Of a stretch of 64,000 nucleotides of DNA, positions 50,458 to 63,714 are shown piece after piece. Positions within the stretch are counted from its first letter, which is position 1; each line of letters starts with the position of its first letter. The notes under the pieces are model-generated. The model saw only the letters and a list, made by a program, of their open reading frames with translations, did not search any database and had not been told where the DNA came from. The stretch is from Octopus bimaculoides (lineage: Eukaryota): assembly GCF_001194135.2 (NCBI RefSeq), contig NC_068985.1, positions 125,443,993 through 125,507,992 on the forward strand, written 5' to 3'. A program made the position numbers and the translations under genes.

Positions 50458-51165
50458 NNNNNNNNNNNNNNNNNNNNNNNNNNNNNNNNNNNNNNNNNNN
50501 NNNNNNNNNNNNNNNNNNNNNNNNNNNNNNNNNNNNNNNNNNNNNNNNNNNNNNNNNNNNNNNNNNNNNNNNNNNNNNNNNNNNNNNNNNNNNNNNNNNN
50601 NNNNNNNNNNNNNNNNNNNNNNNNNNNNNNNNNNNNNNNNNNNNNNNNNNNNNNNNNNNNNNNNNNNNNNNNNNNNNNNNNNNNNNNNNNNNNNNNNNNN
50701 NNNNNNNNNNNNNNNNNNNNNNNNNNNNNNNNNNNNNNNNNNNNNNNNNNNNNNNNNNNNNNNNNNNNNNNNNNNNNNNNNNNNNNNNNNNNNNNNNNNN
50801 NNNNNNNNNNNNNNNNNNNNNNNNNNNNNNNNNNNNNNNNNNNNNNNNNNNNNNNNNNNNNNNNNNNNNNNNNNNNNNNNNNNNNNNNNNNNNNNNNNNN
50901 NNNNNNNNNNNNNNNNNNNNNNNNNNNNNNNNNNNNNNNNNNNNNNNNNNNNNNNNNNNNNNNNNNNNNNNNNNNNNNNNNNNNNNNNNNNNNNNNNNNN
51001 NNNNNNNNNNNNNNNNNNNNNNNNNNNNNNNNNNNNNNNNNNNNNNNNNNNNNNNNNNNNNNNNNNNNNNNNNNNNNNNNNNNNNNNNNNNNNNNNNNNN
51101 NNNNNNNNNNNNNNNNNNNNNNNNNNNNNNNNNNNNNNNNNNNNNNNNNNNNNNNNNNNNNNNNN

Positions 51166-51490
51166 AAAACTTTCAAAATACAAAGACCTGGAAATAGAGA
51201 TAACTCGAATGTGGAATCTAAAAACAGAAACAATTCCTATCATAGTAGGTGCCTTAGGTATAATAAAAAAATATTCAGACAAATACATAACAAAAATAGC
51301 AGGACTTACAAATATATATATAACATACAGAAAATTGCACTACTGGGTACTGCACACATTCTACGCAAAACACTTTCAATACAGTAAACATAAGAGCACC
51401 ACAGCAAACCACAGCACATACCCAAGGCGCACAGAGCTGCGCTCGGTAGTGAAGTGAAAGCACGTTATAAAAATAAAACTACTGAATAAT
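51166..51490 (+). mobile_element. 3' end of a Dong/R4-like RLE LINE in a (TAA)n tract
   Basis: KLSKYKDLEIEITRMWNLKTETIPIIVGALGIIKK...NIQKIALLGTAHILRKTLSIQ*, with one frameshift at a TA run and the stop at 51385-51387. The 3' end is AAAACTACTG+AATAATAATAAT, and (AAT)n also lies just before the upstream gap (50406-50457). Confidence 0.9.
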
Positions 51491-51849
51491 AATAATAAAA
51501 GCAAGCTCCCTCACTGCCGCTATGTGTCAAATATTCACCAATCACAATGCTCAATTATAATTACCCAGAGTAATTACAAGAACGTTTCCGTCAATGATAG
51601 TGTTTTTTTTAACTTTCACAATTAACACATCTCACGCAAACATGCATTTGCTATTCTCCTTACTGAAATCCCAAGGAAACTATTCTTCATTACTAGGAAG
51701 AGTCAACAAATCAACACTGCCTGCACCACCTTCTCTACACTGTCAGTAAAAAATATAAATTAAAATAATTTATTTCGCTCTGTGCAAATATCTTATGAAT
51801 TTTAAAAAGATATATATATATATAAATTTCCAAATGCAATAATTAATTA

Positions 51850-52892
51850 CTGCTTATCTCTGAGCTGTTCTTAAATTGAGTAATTATCACATTGAGATAT
51901 TTCCACGTTTACCTATTCTTTAATTGAGTCATTGTTAAACTGTGTTGTTCCTTCTATTGAGTACAACTCACACTCGTAGCTTCTTATGCTGAGTGTGTCT
52001 TCTGACTAGCTGTTCTTACAATGAGCAATTATAACATTGAATAGTTATTACACTGAGGTATTATTATATTAAGCAGTAGTTCTGAGATTGAGTCATTCCT
52101 AAACTAAGTATGTCTTACACTGAACAGCTCTGAAATTGCTATATTCTTATTTGGAGAACGTCTTACATTCAGTAGTGTTTAGATTGCTCACTTATTGCAT
52201 TTATTAGGTATTCTTACACTGGGCTGTTCTTACATTGAATATCCTTTACATTGAGCGATTCATTTAACGATTAGCTCTGGCACTGAAATAATCATATATT
52301 GAATCATTATTTAACTGAGTATTACTTACAGTAAGGTTTTCTTAAATTGACGAGTTTCTACATTGTGTCTTCATGTATTCAGCAGTTCTTATATTGAGAA
52401 ATTCCTACATTAAGTAAGTGTTATAACGAGTTCTTCTCGCATTGAGCAGTTCTTAAACTAACCAACTCTTAGACTGAGCAGGCCTTATGCTGGAGCAATT
52501 CTTACAATGGTCAATATAATGGTCAATTCTTAAATCTAGCAATTCTTACAATGACTAATTCTTGCATTGTATAATTCTTACAGTGGGTAGTTGCTACACT
52601 GCCCTATAAATACATTAAGTTAGTTATGTAGTGAGTCATTATTATGTATGGCATTTCTTACTTTGAGCTATTCTTACATTGAACCACTATCACATTGACC
52701 AATTTTGAATTGAGTAATCCTTATATTTAGTGAATATTACCTTAATCAATTCTTAACTAAAACTGTTCTTGCATTGACCAAATTTGCATTGGGAAATTTT
52801 TACATAGAAATAATTTATGCATTGGGCAATTCTTCAACTGATCCATTCTTAACATTGATGGATTCTTAAATTCTGTAATTATTTCATTGAGC
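51850..52892. repeat. Degenerate minisatellite, about 16-bp unit, consensus about GAG(C/T)A(A/G)TTCTTACA(C/T)T
   Basis: Example run: gagcagttcttaaact aaccaactcttagact gagcaggccttatgct ... tagcaattcttacaat gactaattcttgcatt gtataattcttacagt. About 1 kb, roughly 60 units. Confidence 0.85.
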
Positions 52893-53650
52893 TTTCACCG
52901 AATCATTCTGATTGTTGTAAAATGTATTCATCTCATCGTTATAATTTTTGTTTCAAATTAAAACAGTTGTTTTCAGTACATTTGTTTGTAATTTTTTTCA
53001 TTACGCTGTTGTTGCTGTTGCTGATTTTGTGCAGGTATTTGTTTCTGTGACAACTCTTCCAGGCGCAACCAGAAAAGAACAGAGGAAACGAGAGAAAAAA
53101 ACTTCACTCCATTTATATTACTAGCATTACCTATATTACCTACTCTGTGTTGTATGTGACAGTTAATTAATAAGTTACCCCTATCGAGATGGTTTCAAAT
53201 TCTCGGTTGAAGTTTTTAAAATTTTATTTACAGCATAAATTCATTGCAACAGAATGGCATGAAAAGCACTAAGTCCTATTACTACCTTCTATATATTCAT
53301 AACCTTGTGCCTAAGTATGTAAGAAATCAATATTAGATAAAATAAAATCCAAGGAGAGTGGTAGTAGTCCGCATAGGCAAGGCTTGTTTTATTAGTAGAA
53401 AGCGAAAGAAAGAGCGCAGTGAAATTATCACGCGTCCCATATCAGTGGCAGCCACTTTCTCAAACATTGAGGCCTTGAAACTCTACTTTCTTTTATTTCC
53501 ATTCTCTCTACTTTACTTTGAAGAAGGCCCCAATTCGAAATGTTGGACATTCCACCTCACACGTCAATTTGACTTTACTCTTTCTCTCACGTTTTCCAAG
53601 TAGTCAATATGTTATATTTTATCCCAATTTCATTCAATTAACGAATTATT

Positions 53651-53686
<36 letters not shown>

Positions 53687-54222
53687 CCCTTTTTTGTATA
53701 TCTCACTTTCCACATTTCTGTTTTACTTTCTCTCCTTGTTTCTTTCTTTCATTTTTCTTTACTTTATCTCATTCCATGTTACTTTCTCTCCGTGCAAAAT
53801 GAGAACCTTACGTCTTCTAAATTTCAATCAAATTTGTTTTACTAAGATAACGGGTTCGATTCAGTTCGATTCATCCTTTACCAAGTTGTAACTTCCTTAT
53901 ATCAATGTATTTTTGGTGTTTCAACTTCTGTAAATACCAACAGATGACTGCGAAAGTTGAGTATTGAGAATGTATTTGCGGTAAACGTTTCATGTACGCA
54001 GGCATCTTTTCATGTAGGTGTTGTGTGTATGTATATATTATTTCTTTATGTATTAGTGTTTAAAATAATTTATAAGATAATTTTCTGATAACAACGAAAT
54101 ATTTCAACAGACATGAATAAGTCGATGGTTATGTCTTTGGTCAATTGCTGATACTTCGGTAAGGTAATATAAGCTCTAAAGTATGTATGTATGTACGTAT
54201 GTATGTATGAATGTATGTATGT

Positions 54223-54614
54223 GGATGCGCAATGACCCAGTGGTTAGGGCAGTGAACTCGCGGTCATAGGATCGCGGTTTCGATTCCCAGACCGGGCGAT
54301 GTGAGTGTTTATTGAATTGAACGAAAACACCTGAAAAAGCTCCACGAGGCTCCGGCAGGGGATGGTGGTGAACCCTGCTGTACTCTTTCACCACAACTTT
54401 CTCTCACTCTTACTTCCTGTTTCTGTTGTGCTTGTAATTCAAAGGGTCAGCCTTGTCACACTGTGTCACGCTGAATATCCCCGAGAAGTACGTTAAGGGT
54501 ACACGTGTCTGTGGAGTGCTCAGCCACTTGCACGTTAATTTCACGAGCAGGCTGTTCCGTTGATCGGATCAACCGGAACCCTCGACGTCGTAAGCGACGG
54601 AGTACCAACAACAA
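54223..54614 (+). mobile_element. Full-length tRNA-derived SINE (family D, about 390 bp)
   Basis: Pol III A-box-like TGACCCAGTGG and B-box-like GGTTTCGATTCC, with a (CAA)n tail, sitting inside (TATG)n. The body is near-identical to 11840-12126. Confidence 0.9.
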
Positions 54615-55049
54615 TGTATGTATGTATGTATGTATGTATGTATGTACTAAACCCAATGCAGTCCTTGAGGATAAGTCTGCTTGATCAGGGCTGACTTAGT
54701 CGAAATAAATCAATAGACTAGGGAGATGAGGTGGCAGTGCGTACGAGGTGGCACATTTCTGAGTCATGGCATGACTACAGAAATGTGCAACTCCTCCGAT
54801 TTTGTTTCCCCATAACATTCTTAAAAATACATATTTTTAATAAATGTATCCAGAGATACATTTAAGATGAAGCTATTTGGAACAAAAACAAAACAGAAAT
54901 GGGGGAGAAAAAATTGCAAAGGAAGAGTCATTTCTTTGCACCAATGAATATGTTTCAGGATAATTTTCCAGAGATATATTTTTGGGTTTGTAGGCTACGA
55001 ATATCTTGATAAAATTATTTTTAAAAAATGAATAGCATCGGAAACATAA

Positions 55050-55262
55050 CTTATATCTTTTTTCAGTCATTTGATTGCGGCCATGCTGGAGCACCACCTT
55101 GAAAAGTTTTAGTCGAACGAGTCGACTCCAGTACTTAATTTTATTTTATTTTAAGACTCGTATTTATTCTATTGGTCTTTTTACCGACCTGCTAGGTTAC
55201 GGGAACGTAAACACACCAACCGCGGTTGTCAAGCGATGGTGGGGGACAAGCACAGGCACAAA

Positions 55263-55265
<3 letters not shown>
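55050..55265 (-). mobile_element. SINE family C/B, 3' part
   Basis: tttcagtcatttgattgcggccatgctggagcaccacc...ggttgtcaagcgatggtgggggacaa. Confidence 0.85.
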
Positions 55266-55304
<39 letters not shown>

Positions 55305-55692
55305 NNNNNNNNNNNNNNNNNNNNNNNNNNNNNNNNNNNNNNNNNNNNNNNNNNNNNNNNNNNNNNNNNNNNNNNNNNNNNNNNNNNNNNNNNNNNNNNN
55401 NNNNNNNNNNNNNNNNNNNNNNNNNNNNNNNNNNNNNNNNNNNNNNNNNNNNNNNNNNNNNNNNNNNNNNNNNNNNNNNNNNNNNNNNNNNNNNNNNNNN
55501 NNNNNNNNNNNNNNNNNNNNNNNNNNNNNNNNNNNNNNNNNNNNNNNNNNNNNNNNNNNNNNNNNNNNNNNNNNNNNNNNNNNNNNNNNNNNNNNNNNNN
55601 NNNNNNNNNNNNNNNNNNNNNNNNNNNNNNNNNNNNNNNNNNNNNNNNNNNNNNNAAAAAAAAACCTTGTAGGTAAATTCTCTAAATACTAT

Positions 55693-55842
55693 ATTAATAA
55701 TCATATACATAGTTATAACAAGGGATTGGAAACAAGCCTCTCGACGTGCAGCCAATACACGCCAAACGATGCTAAAAACCATCTAAAAACCACATGGAGA
55801 GGCTTGTTTCCGATCCCTTATTATAATTGTTTATAATTATTA

Positions 55843-55844
<2 letters not shown>
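55693..55844. mobile_element. Short foldback element related to 18012-18437
   Basis: About 50-bp inverted arms (55693-55742 / 55797-55844) share the motif TTATAA(C/T)AAGGGAT(C/T)GG with the 18-kb element. Confidence 0.7.
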
Positions 55845-55883
<39 letters not shown>

Positions 55884-55914
55884 TGTGTGTGCATGTATGT
55901 GTGCGTGTGTGTTT

Positions 55915-56272
55915 TGTGTCTGTATTTGTCCCCCTTTCACTGCTTGACAACCCGTCGCTGTTGGTGTTTTCACGACCCCGCAACTTAGTGGTTCGGCAAA
56001 AGAGACGTATAGAATAAGTATCAGGCTTAAAAATTAAGTCCTGGGTCGATTTGTTCGACTAAAACTCTTCAAGGTGGTGCCCCAGCATGGCCGCAGTCAA
56101 ACGAATAAAAAAAGTATATATGACGGTTTTCCTTCAGTTTCCTTCTACCAAATCCACTCACAAGATTTTGGGCGGCCCCAAACTATAGTAGTAGACATCT
56201 ACCCAAGGTGCTACGCAATGGGACTGAACCGGGAACCATGTGGTTGGGAAGCAAGTTTCTTAACAGACAGCC
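55915..56272. mobile_element. SINE C/B 3' part (+, to about 56110) facing a C/B head (-, 56125-56272)
   Basis: cttgacaacc...ggtgccccagcatggccgcagtcaa, then cagtttccttctaccaaatccactcacaag...ggaaccatgtggttgggaagcaag. Confidence 0.8.
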
Positions 56273-58286
56273 ACTATTAAAAATTAAGCATTTAACAAAG
56301 ATATGTGGGAGGGTGAATATTAAAAAAAAAGATATATATATATACATATATCTATATATATATATCCATTATCTTTCATACATAATCGTAATCTACATCA
56401 TCTGGAAAATGTCATTAAACAAATACAAAATATAAAAAAAGTGTTATGGGGCAACAAATTCGGTGGAATGCACACATTTTTTTAGCTATGCCAAGGCCAT
56501 TTGACAATCAACTGGGATTCTATTGCAGAACATATAGTGCAAGTGGCTTCCACAACAACCAAGTGCTGACACCAGCATTGCAAGTGAAATTTTAGTAGTG
56601 ATAAATGTAATTGAGATGACTTAGTGTGACTGTAGTTTGTGGTTGTCGACTAATGTATCACAAAATATTCAACAATCGTGCATAAGTTACACGGTTTAAA
56701 ATGTACAGATCAAGGATGATTGTGCTATGACAGTATATCTGTAAGTTGTAATTTCGAACTCCCAGTCATCGAGCTGCGGCAGTAAGTTCGTCACGGTTCC
56801 TGGTTGTATTTCTCGCTTCATTTCGTGTGAGTACACTTGAAACAAAAATTAGATGTGTTACTTTTGTATTGTTTAGTCTAAGTATTCCAACCGTGACAAT
56901 CCCATTTTTTTTACCTAGAATGTCAAGATTTCTATTATTTAATGTGTTCCAACATTAAGTAGGTTCAGCTACTTTTTCTAGCAAGTCAAGCATCCTCTTC
57001 TTTCGTGGTTTGGTACTTGTTGAGTCATTCTAAATAGCAACAATATAACATTATAAAATGCGTTGGGCCAATTACAGTAGCAGAGCTAGAGAGTGTGTGC
57101 CACCCGGAGCAGCCCTTTTATTTACTGCCTCCTCTCAAGAGGCCCCAAACTACAGCTCCCATTAAAGCGTTACCCAGGATGGACCCCTCTCACTGCCCGT
57201 AGCCAGTCTTACTCCAGGTTTTCCTTCCACCCTCTTTCTCTCTGTCTCTTTTTGTGTTTTATTTTTTTACCTTTTCTTCGAACCATCGCTCTGTTAATCT
57301 TTGTGTGTGATGACTTAAGCAGAGTAAGAAGGGCTGTTGACAAAAACTTTCTCCAAGGTTTCTGAAATTACAAGAAGAAAGTGGGGAATATTGCTGGGCA
57401 AAAAAAAAAAAAAAAGGAAACAGAAAAAACCGACCTGAATGCTTGCAACAGAGTGAGACTCACATAAAAGCATTGATGGGTGAAGTCGTATTGCTAAAGA
57501 AAGGTGAGGACAGATTACGTTAAAATATTTAACACTAAACTACAATCAGCTTCATTGATGCCCACCACTTCCACTTCCACTTCCACTTCCAATTACACCT
57601 CCGATGCAGTGATTATTACCACGGAATGTATGTTAATGTTTTCTCACTCTTAAACTGCCAAACTACTCCAAGACAGCTTAAACATAGCAGTGCCAGTTTG
57701 GCCTTATAACCTAAAGTAAATATTTAAAGTTTACTTGTATTGAATATCAAAACGACCTTTTGTCAAACGAGTTTAACTCACCAACAGACACAAGCATGTA
57801 TGTACATTCTTGCTTTTGGTCTACTTTTTTTTAAAATTCCTTGCAAAAACAGAAAGACCCTATCCGTAGCTCACACAGTAGACACTTTTTATTAGAATTT
57901 AGACATCAAGTAGATAATTGTGAAGGTAGGTGTGAATGTTCGTATGTATGAATATATGTATGTATGCGTACATCCATGTCATTGCATAGTTTGGCTTACC
58001 TACATGTACATGTACATATGTTTCGTATGTCCATAAGTTTTATCTGCATAATCTGCAGATAAAACCTATGGAATGTTTTGACATCTTTCGACGTCTCCAG
58101 TAATGGCGTGTAATTTCTTAATTAACCATAGCCTTTCTGGTTCTGTGATGTTTAACTTTGAAGATTATTTCTGACATGTGTTATTACATAAAATTCTCTG
58201 ATATATGCATGTATGTATGTATGTATGTATGTATGTATGTATGTATGTATGTATGTATGTATGTATGTATGNNNNNNNNNNGTGTA

Positions 58287-58319
<33 letters not shown>

Positions 58320-58346
58320 ATGTACGTATGTATGCATGTATGTATG

Positions 58347-58580
58347 ATTTTTCTTTGAGTTCTATTTAAGTTCTTGAGAGAGTTCAAGTCGGTTGCTAAC
58401 AAAGCGACAAGACTTTTTGAGTTAAGAGAGTTCCTTGTGTGTGTAATTATCTGGTTGAGTTGCAGTGCTGGTTGAACTGTTGATGCATGCACCCAAGTGT
58501 GTGCATCTATTCACACAAGAATCTCAGATGGAGAATTTTTTCAAAATCTTCACTGTTCCACAAATAGATTGGATTTGGCG
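58347..58580 (-). mobile_element. 3' tip of a second, divergent RLE LINE subfamily
   Basis: Minus strand RQIQSICGTVKILKKFSI* (compare LQIQSITGTVKICKTFQKFII*), then a different 3' UTR ending ..gaactcaaagaaaaat before (CATA)n. Confidence 0.6.
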
Positions 58581-58665
58581 AATATATGTATGTATGTATG
58601 TATGCATGTATGTATGTATGTATGTATGTATGTATGCATGTATGTATGTACGTACGTATATATGT

Positions 58666-58817
58666 CCTTATTGAAACATTCAAATATTCAAATATTTCAA
58701 GATTTTATGCAATAGAGAAAGAGACGGTTTCTAACCTAGATACACGACTCCTTCATTGAAATTTCAACAGGGCATGTATGTATGTATGTATATATGTATA
58801 TATGTATGTATGTATGC

Positions 58818-58849
<32 letters not shown>

Positions 58850-59830
58850 GTGTATGTATGTATGTACGTATGTATTATGTATGTATGTATGTATGTATGT
58901 ATGCATGTATGTATGTATGTATGCGTGTAGATTTGTATGCTTTGTTTTATGCATGTCTTCTCATGCATATACCTGCATATCTAGACATGCTCATATATAC
59001 TTAAATGATAAACTTCTGGAAAGTTTTACAGATTTTTATAGTTCGATTGATGGCTTAGATCTGGTGTCTACGATCAGTTTTCTCCATTCTGGTTTTGAGA
59101 AGACTAATTTCTCAAGATTGGTATTTAGGCAGCCCCAATAATTACAGGTATAAACCTGGACTTGTAATCTAGATAAAGTAACTGCAGATTTCTCAATAGG
59201 TGTTCTCTTTTTCACTGATCTTCAATGTTCTCTTTTTCACTGATCTTCAGCTTTATGTTAACATCCGCTGGGCAGCTGATTTTCATAACTGTACTGTTTC
59301 TCTTCCAAAATCATTATATCAGGTCTATTGTGTTTACATTTGAAGTACTCCTTTTTATTATGAGTGGCTATGGCTTTCATCATACTGAGTTCTCATTTCT
59401 TTGTCCTCGGGGTTATCCTTTCGTCGGATCTCGTTGTACAGTGTCTTAGCTACATTATGTCTCATACCGCGATGACATTTTCGGAGAACTGCTTATGATG
59501 TGGATAATATCTTTGGTGTTAACTCAAGACAGTCCGCATCGGTTGTCACATCTTACTGCTTTTCCTGAATCTCTGTCCCTTCAGTGCATCAAGTTTTTAG
59601 TTGATATTTTCTGTTCATGGATGGCAAACGCATAACCTTCATCCCTCGGACTTCCTATCTACAAAAGCCTTCATATGCCTTACTGCTATATTCATAACCC
59701 TAACATCCGAACTATTCCTCTATTTGACTGCTGTAGCTCGAGAATTCCAGGATAATCAGCCAGCTGCTCTGTCGTCCATATCGAGAGCTGCCCAGACCAG
59801 CCTGGGTAGTTCATCTAGGTATGGACAGAT
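58666..59830 (-). mobile_element. Longest RLE LINE fragment (degenerate zinc knuckle + RLE domain + 3' UTR)
   Basis: The minus strand translates, with stops and shifts, EGYAFAIHEQKISTKNL...CDNRCGL..IIHIISSSPKMSSRY..HNVAKTLY...KCKHNRPDIM...SCPADVNIKLK. The 3' half matches 27600-28092. A 25-nt tandem duplication lies at about 59200-59250. The 5' boundary is approximate. Confidence 0.9.
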
Positions 59831-60004
59831 AAGAAAGGAGAAGCCAAGTTATAGTGTGCTATTCAGAGGACACATTTTTTACTAGTGATATTTTTATGAA
59901 ATATAAAGCATATGTAACAAAAGTTATTCACAACGAAATGACGAGGAGAGTATTGTATAATAATATTGTATAAATAACGAGGATGGTATTGTATAATATT
60001 AAAA

Positions 60005-60365
60005 ATATCTTTTATCTTTTGCTTGTCTCAATCATTGGATAGCGGCCATGCTGGGCATCACCTTCAAGGATTTTAGTTACTTATTTTGAATATAAGTTTG
60101 GTACTTGTTATATTGGTCATTATTGCCAAACCGTTCAGCATGTAAACAAAGCAACACCGGTTGTCAAGTGGAGGGGAGACAGATACAAAATGCAAAGACA
60201 TACGCATATAAATACACTCACTCTCTAGCCCCCCCTCTCTATCTCACACACACGACGAAACTTTTTCACTTTCCGTCTACCAAATTCATTCACAAATCAC
60301 TGGTCCAAGGTGCCACGCTGTAGGACTGAACCAGAAAACATGTGGTTGAGGGAAGCAAGCTTCTT
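60005..60365 (-). mobile_element. SINE family C/B
   Basis: Tail block 60005-60200 and head block 60262-60365. Confidence 0.8.
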
Positions 60366-61059
60366 ACTGCATAAATAGATTATAATAGAGTTCCCCCACC
60401 ACCGGCATAATTTTCAGAAGATAAAAGAAACGAACGTCAAAGCTGGAATGTCATTCGTCTAGTAGGGCAGCTCTGACCTAGGGCTAAACAACATCATACA
60501 TAATGCACACACAATACACACCGAGATACTTTATGCAGCCACAAGGTCTCTTCCAGTGAAATGGTTATAACAGAAAACAGAAGGCAAAGACAGGAATGAC
60601 ACAGAAGAATATGGACTGAAGCAGTATAAAATGGTGAATAATGTTATACATTCTTTGTTAAGCTATTTTGAATTGTACCATTTTGTGTGTCACATATTCA
60701 TCTCGTTGTTGTTCGTCTTGTCACTATCGTTCACATCGTGTTTGTTTTGAATAATTGTTATGTTATTGTTGGTTGTGATGTTGTTGCTGTTTCTGTGTTT
60801 GATGCTGTTGCCGTTTTCTATTTTTCTTTTATATAATTCACTATATTTTATGTAAACAGTTTTAGTTGTCGACATAGTTATGCTGTACTAATATACGTAG
60901 GTAGTTATGGATAAATGCCTTTGTATGTATGGCAGTATATATGTGTATGTATGTATGTATGTATGTATGCATGCATGTATGTATGTTTGTATGTATGTAT
61001 GTATCTATCTATGTACATACATATATACATATATAGATAAAAAGATATACATATATGCA

Positions 61060-61122
<63 letters not shown>

Positions 61123-62320
61123 NNNNNNNNNNNNNNNNNNNNNNNNNNNNNNNNNNNNNNNNNNNNNNNNNNNNNNNNNNNNNNNNNNNNNNNNNNNNNN
61201 NNNNNNNNNNNNNNNNNNNNNNNNNNNNNNNNNNNNNNNNNNNNNNNNNNNNNNNNNNNNNNNNNNNNNNNNNNNNNNNNNNNNNNNNNNNNNNNNNNNN
61301 NNNNNNNNNNNNNNNNNNNNNNNNNNNNNNNNNNNNNNNNNNNNNNNNNNNNNNNNNNNNNNNNNNNNNNNNNNNNNNNNNNNNNNNNNNNNNNNNNNNN
61401 NNNNNNNNNNNNNNNNNNNNNNNNNNNNNNNNNNNNNNNNNNNNNNNNNNNNNNNNNNNNNNNNNNNNNNNNNNNNNNNNNNNNNNNNNNNNNNNNNNNN
61501 NNNNNNNNNNNNNNNNNNNNNNNNNNNNNNNNNNNNNNNNNNNNNNNNNNNNNNNNNNNNNNNNNNNNNNNNNNNNNNNNNNNNNNNNNNNNNNNNNNNN
61601 NNNNNNNNNNNNNNNNNNNNNNNNNNNNNNNNNNNNNNNNNNNNNNNNNNNNNNNNNNNNNNNNNNNNNNNNNNNNNNNNNNNNNNNNNNNNNNNNNNNN
61701 NNNNNNNNNNNNNNNNNNNNNNNNNNNNNNNNNNNNNNNNNNNNNNNNNNNNNNNNNNNNNNNNNNNNNNNNNNNNNNNNNNNNNNNNNNNNNNNNNNNN
61801 NNNNNNNNNNNNTATATATATATATATAAATGTATATATATATATATACACATTAAATATACATCCACGTATAAAAATACATGTAAGCATTTTCATTTGT
61901 GGACAGAAATGTGTACACACGCATACGTACACAAACATATATACACGAATATATTAAAATACATATACATATATATATATAAATATATATATTATATCTG
62001 CACATATACAAATACACAGATACACAGAAACACACACACACACTTATAAACGTATCTGAGTATTCATATATACCTATATTTATATATATGAGTGTTAAGT
62101 CAATTTCAATAAAACAGTGTATGATACTCTAAAACAAAACACATGAACAAATAAGCACGAATTAACATCTGGTTATATATTGGAATAACAGAAGTCTGCT
62201 TTAATGTTCTCGACAAAGAAAGCCCGTTTACTCTGTAAATATTATTCAACAATTTGAGCCGGTTTCTGTACGAATACATACATACATAGATACATACATA
62301 CGCAGATATATATATATGTG

Positions 62321-62369
<49 letters not shown>

Positions 62370-63419
62370 CATATGTATATATATATATATATACATATAT
62401 ATGCGTATGTATGTATGTATGTATGTATGTATGTACGTATGTATGTACGTATGTATGTACGTATGTATTTGTATATACACCGCACATATACAATATATAT
62501 ATACTATTATATATATTGTATATATGTATATATATATATATATAGTATATATATGTACATGTATATATAGTATATATATATATATATTATACTGAAATAT
62601 ATATTGAAGAAGATAAATATGTTCATTTGAATATATAAGTTTTTGCGTCATAACTCCTTTATTATTATTAATATACATATATATTAATTTATATAAGGCA
62701 TTTTATTGTAAAAATTGCCCAGCAACGACGGGCTGCTCCGCTAGTATATACACACACANNNNNNNNNNNNNNNNNNNNNNNNNNNNNNNNNNNNNNNNNN
62801 NNNNNNNNNNNNNNNNNNNNNNNNNNNNNNNNNNNNNNNNNNNNNNNNNNNNNNNNNNNNNNNNNNNNNNNNNNNNNNNNNNNNNNNNNNNNNNNNNNNN
62901 NNNNNNNNNNNNNNNNNNNNNNNNNNNNNNNNNNNNNNNNNNNNNNNNNNNNNNNNNNNNNNNNNNNNNNNNNNNNNNNNNNNNNNNNNNNNNNNNNNNN
63001 NNNNNNNNNNNNNNNNNNNNNNNNNNNNNNNNNNNNNNNNNNNNNNNNNNNNNNNNNNNNNNNNNNNNNNNNNNNNNNNNNNNNNNNNNNNNNNNNNNNN
63101 NNNNNNNNNNNNNNNNNNNNNNNNNNNNNNNNNNNNNNNNNNNNNNNNNNNNNNNNNNNNNNNNNNNNNNNNNNNNNNNNNNNNNNNNNNNNNNNNNNNN
63201 NNNNNNNNNNNNNNNNNNNNNNNNNNNNNNNNNNNNNNNNNNNNNNNNNNNNNNNNNNNNNNNNNNNNNNNNNNNNNNNNNNNNNNNNNNNNNNNNNNNN
63301 NNNNNNNNNNNNNNNNNNNNNNNNNNNNNNNNNNNNNNNNNNNNNNNNNNNNNNNNNNNNNNNNNNNNNNNNNNNNNNNNNNNNNNNNNNNNNNNNNNNN
63401 NNNNNNNNNNNNNNNNNNN

Positions 63420-63456
<37 letters not shown>

Positions 63457-63714
63457 AACAAATAGTAAATGAGTATATGCATATATACGTACAGGTATGT
63501 GCATACCGACATCCACCTGTATGTATAGGTGCATATCTGGGTACAGGACATTGCAAACAAACGTAGACGAGAACACACGAGCCACATAGAGAACATTCTC
63601 CTTCATCAGCCACCCACGTTTTAACACCGGCGTTTCGACGAGCTTATATACATATATACGACAGGCTTTCAATCTCCATCTACCAAATCCATGATCAAGA
63701 CACTTTATTTCACG

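Noticed and set aside
51850-52892. CRISPR-like periodicity
   Set aside because: Eukaryotic context, no constant repeat alternating with unique spacers, and no cas genes.
54223-54300. tRNA genes (also at 3184, 32196, 33349, 39405, 48026)
   Set aside because: A/B boxes are present, but there is no complete cloverleaf and each continues into a repeated SINE body.
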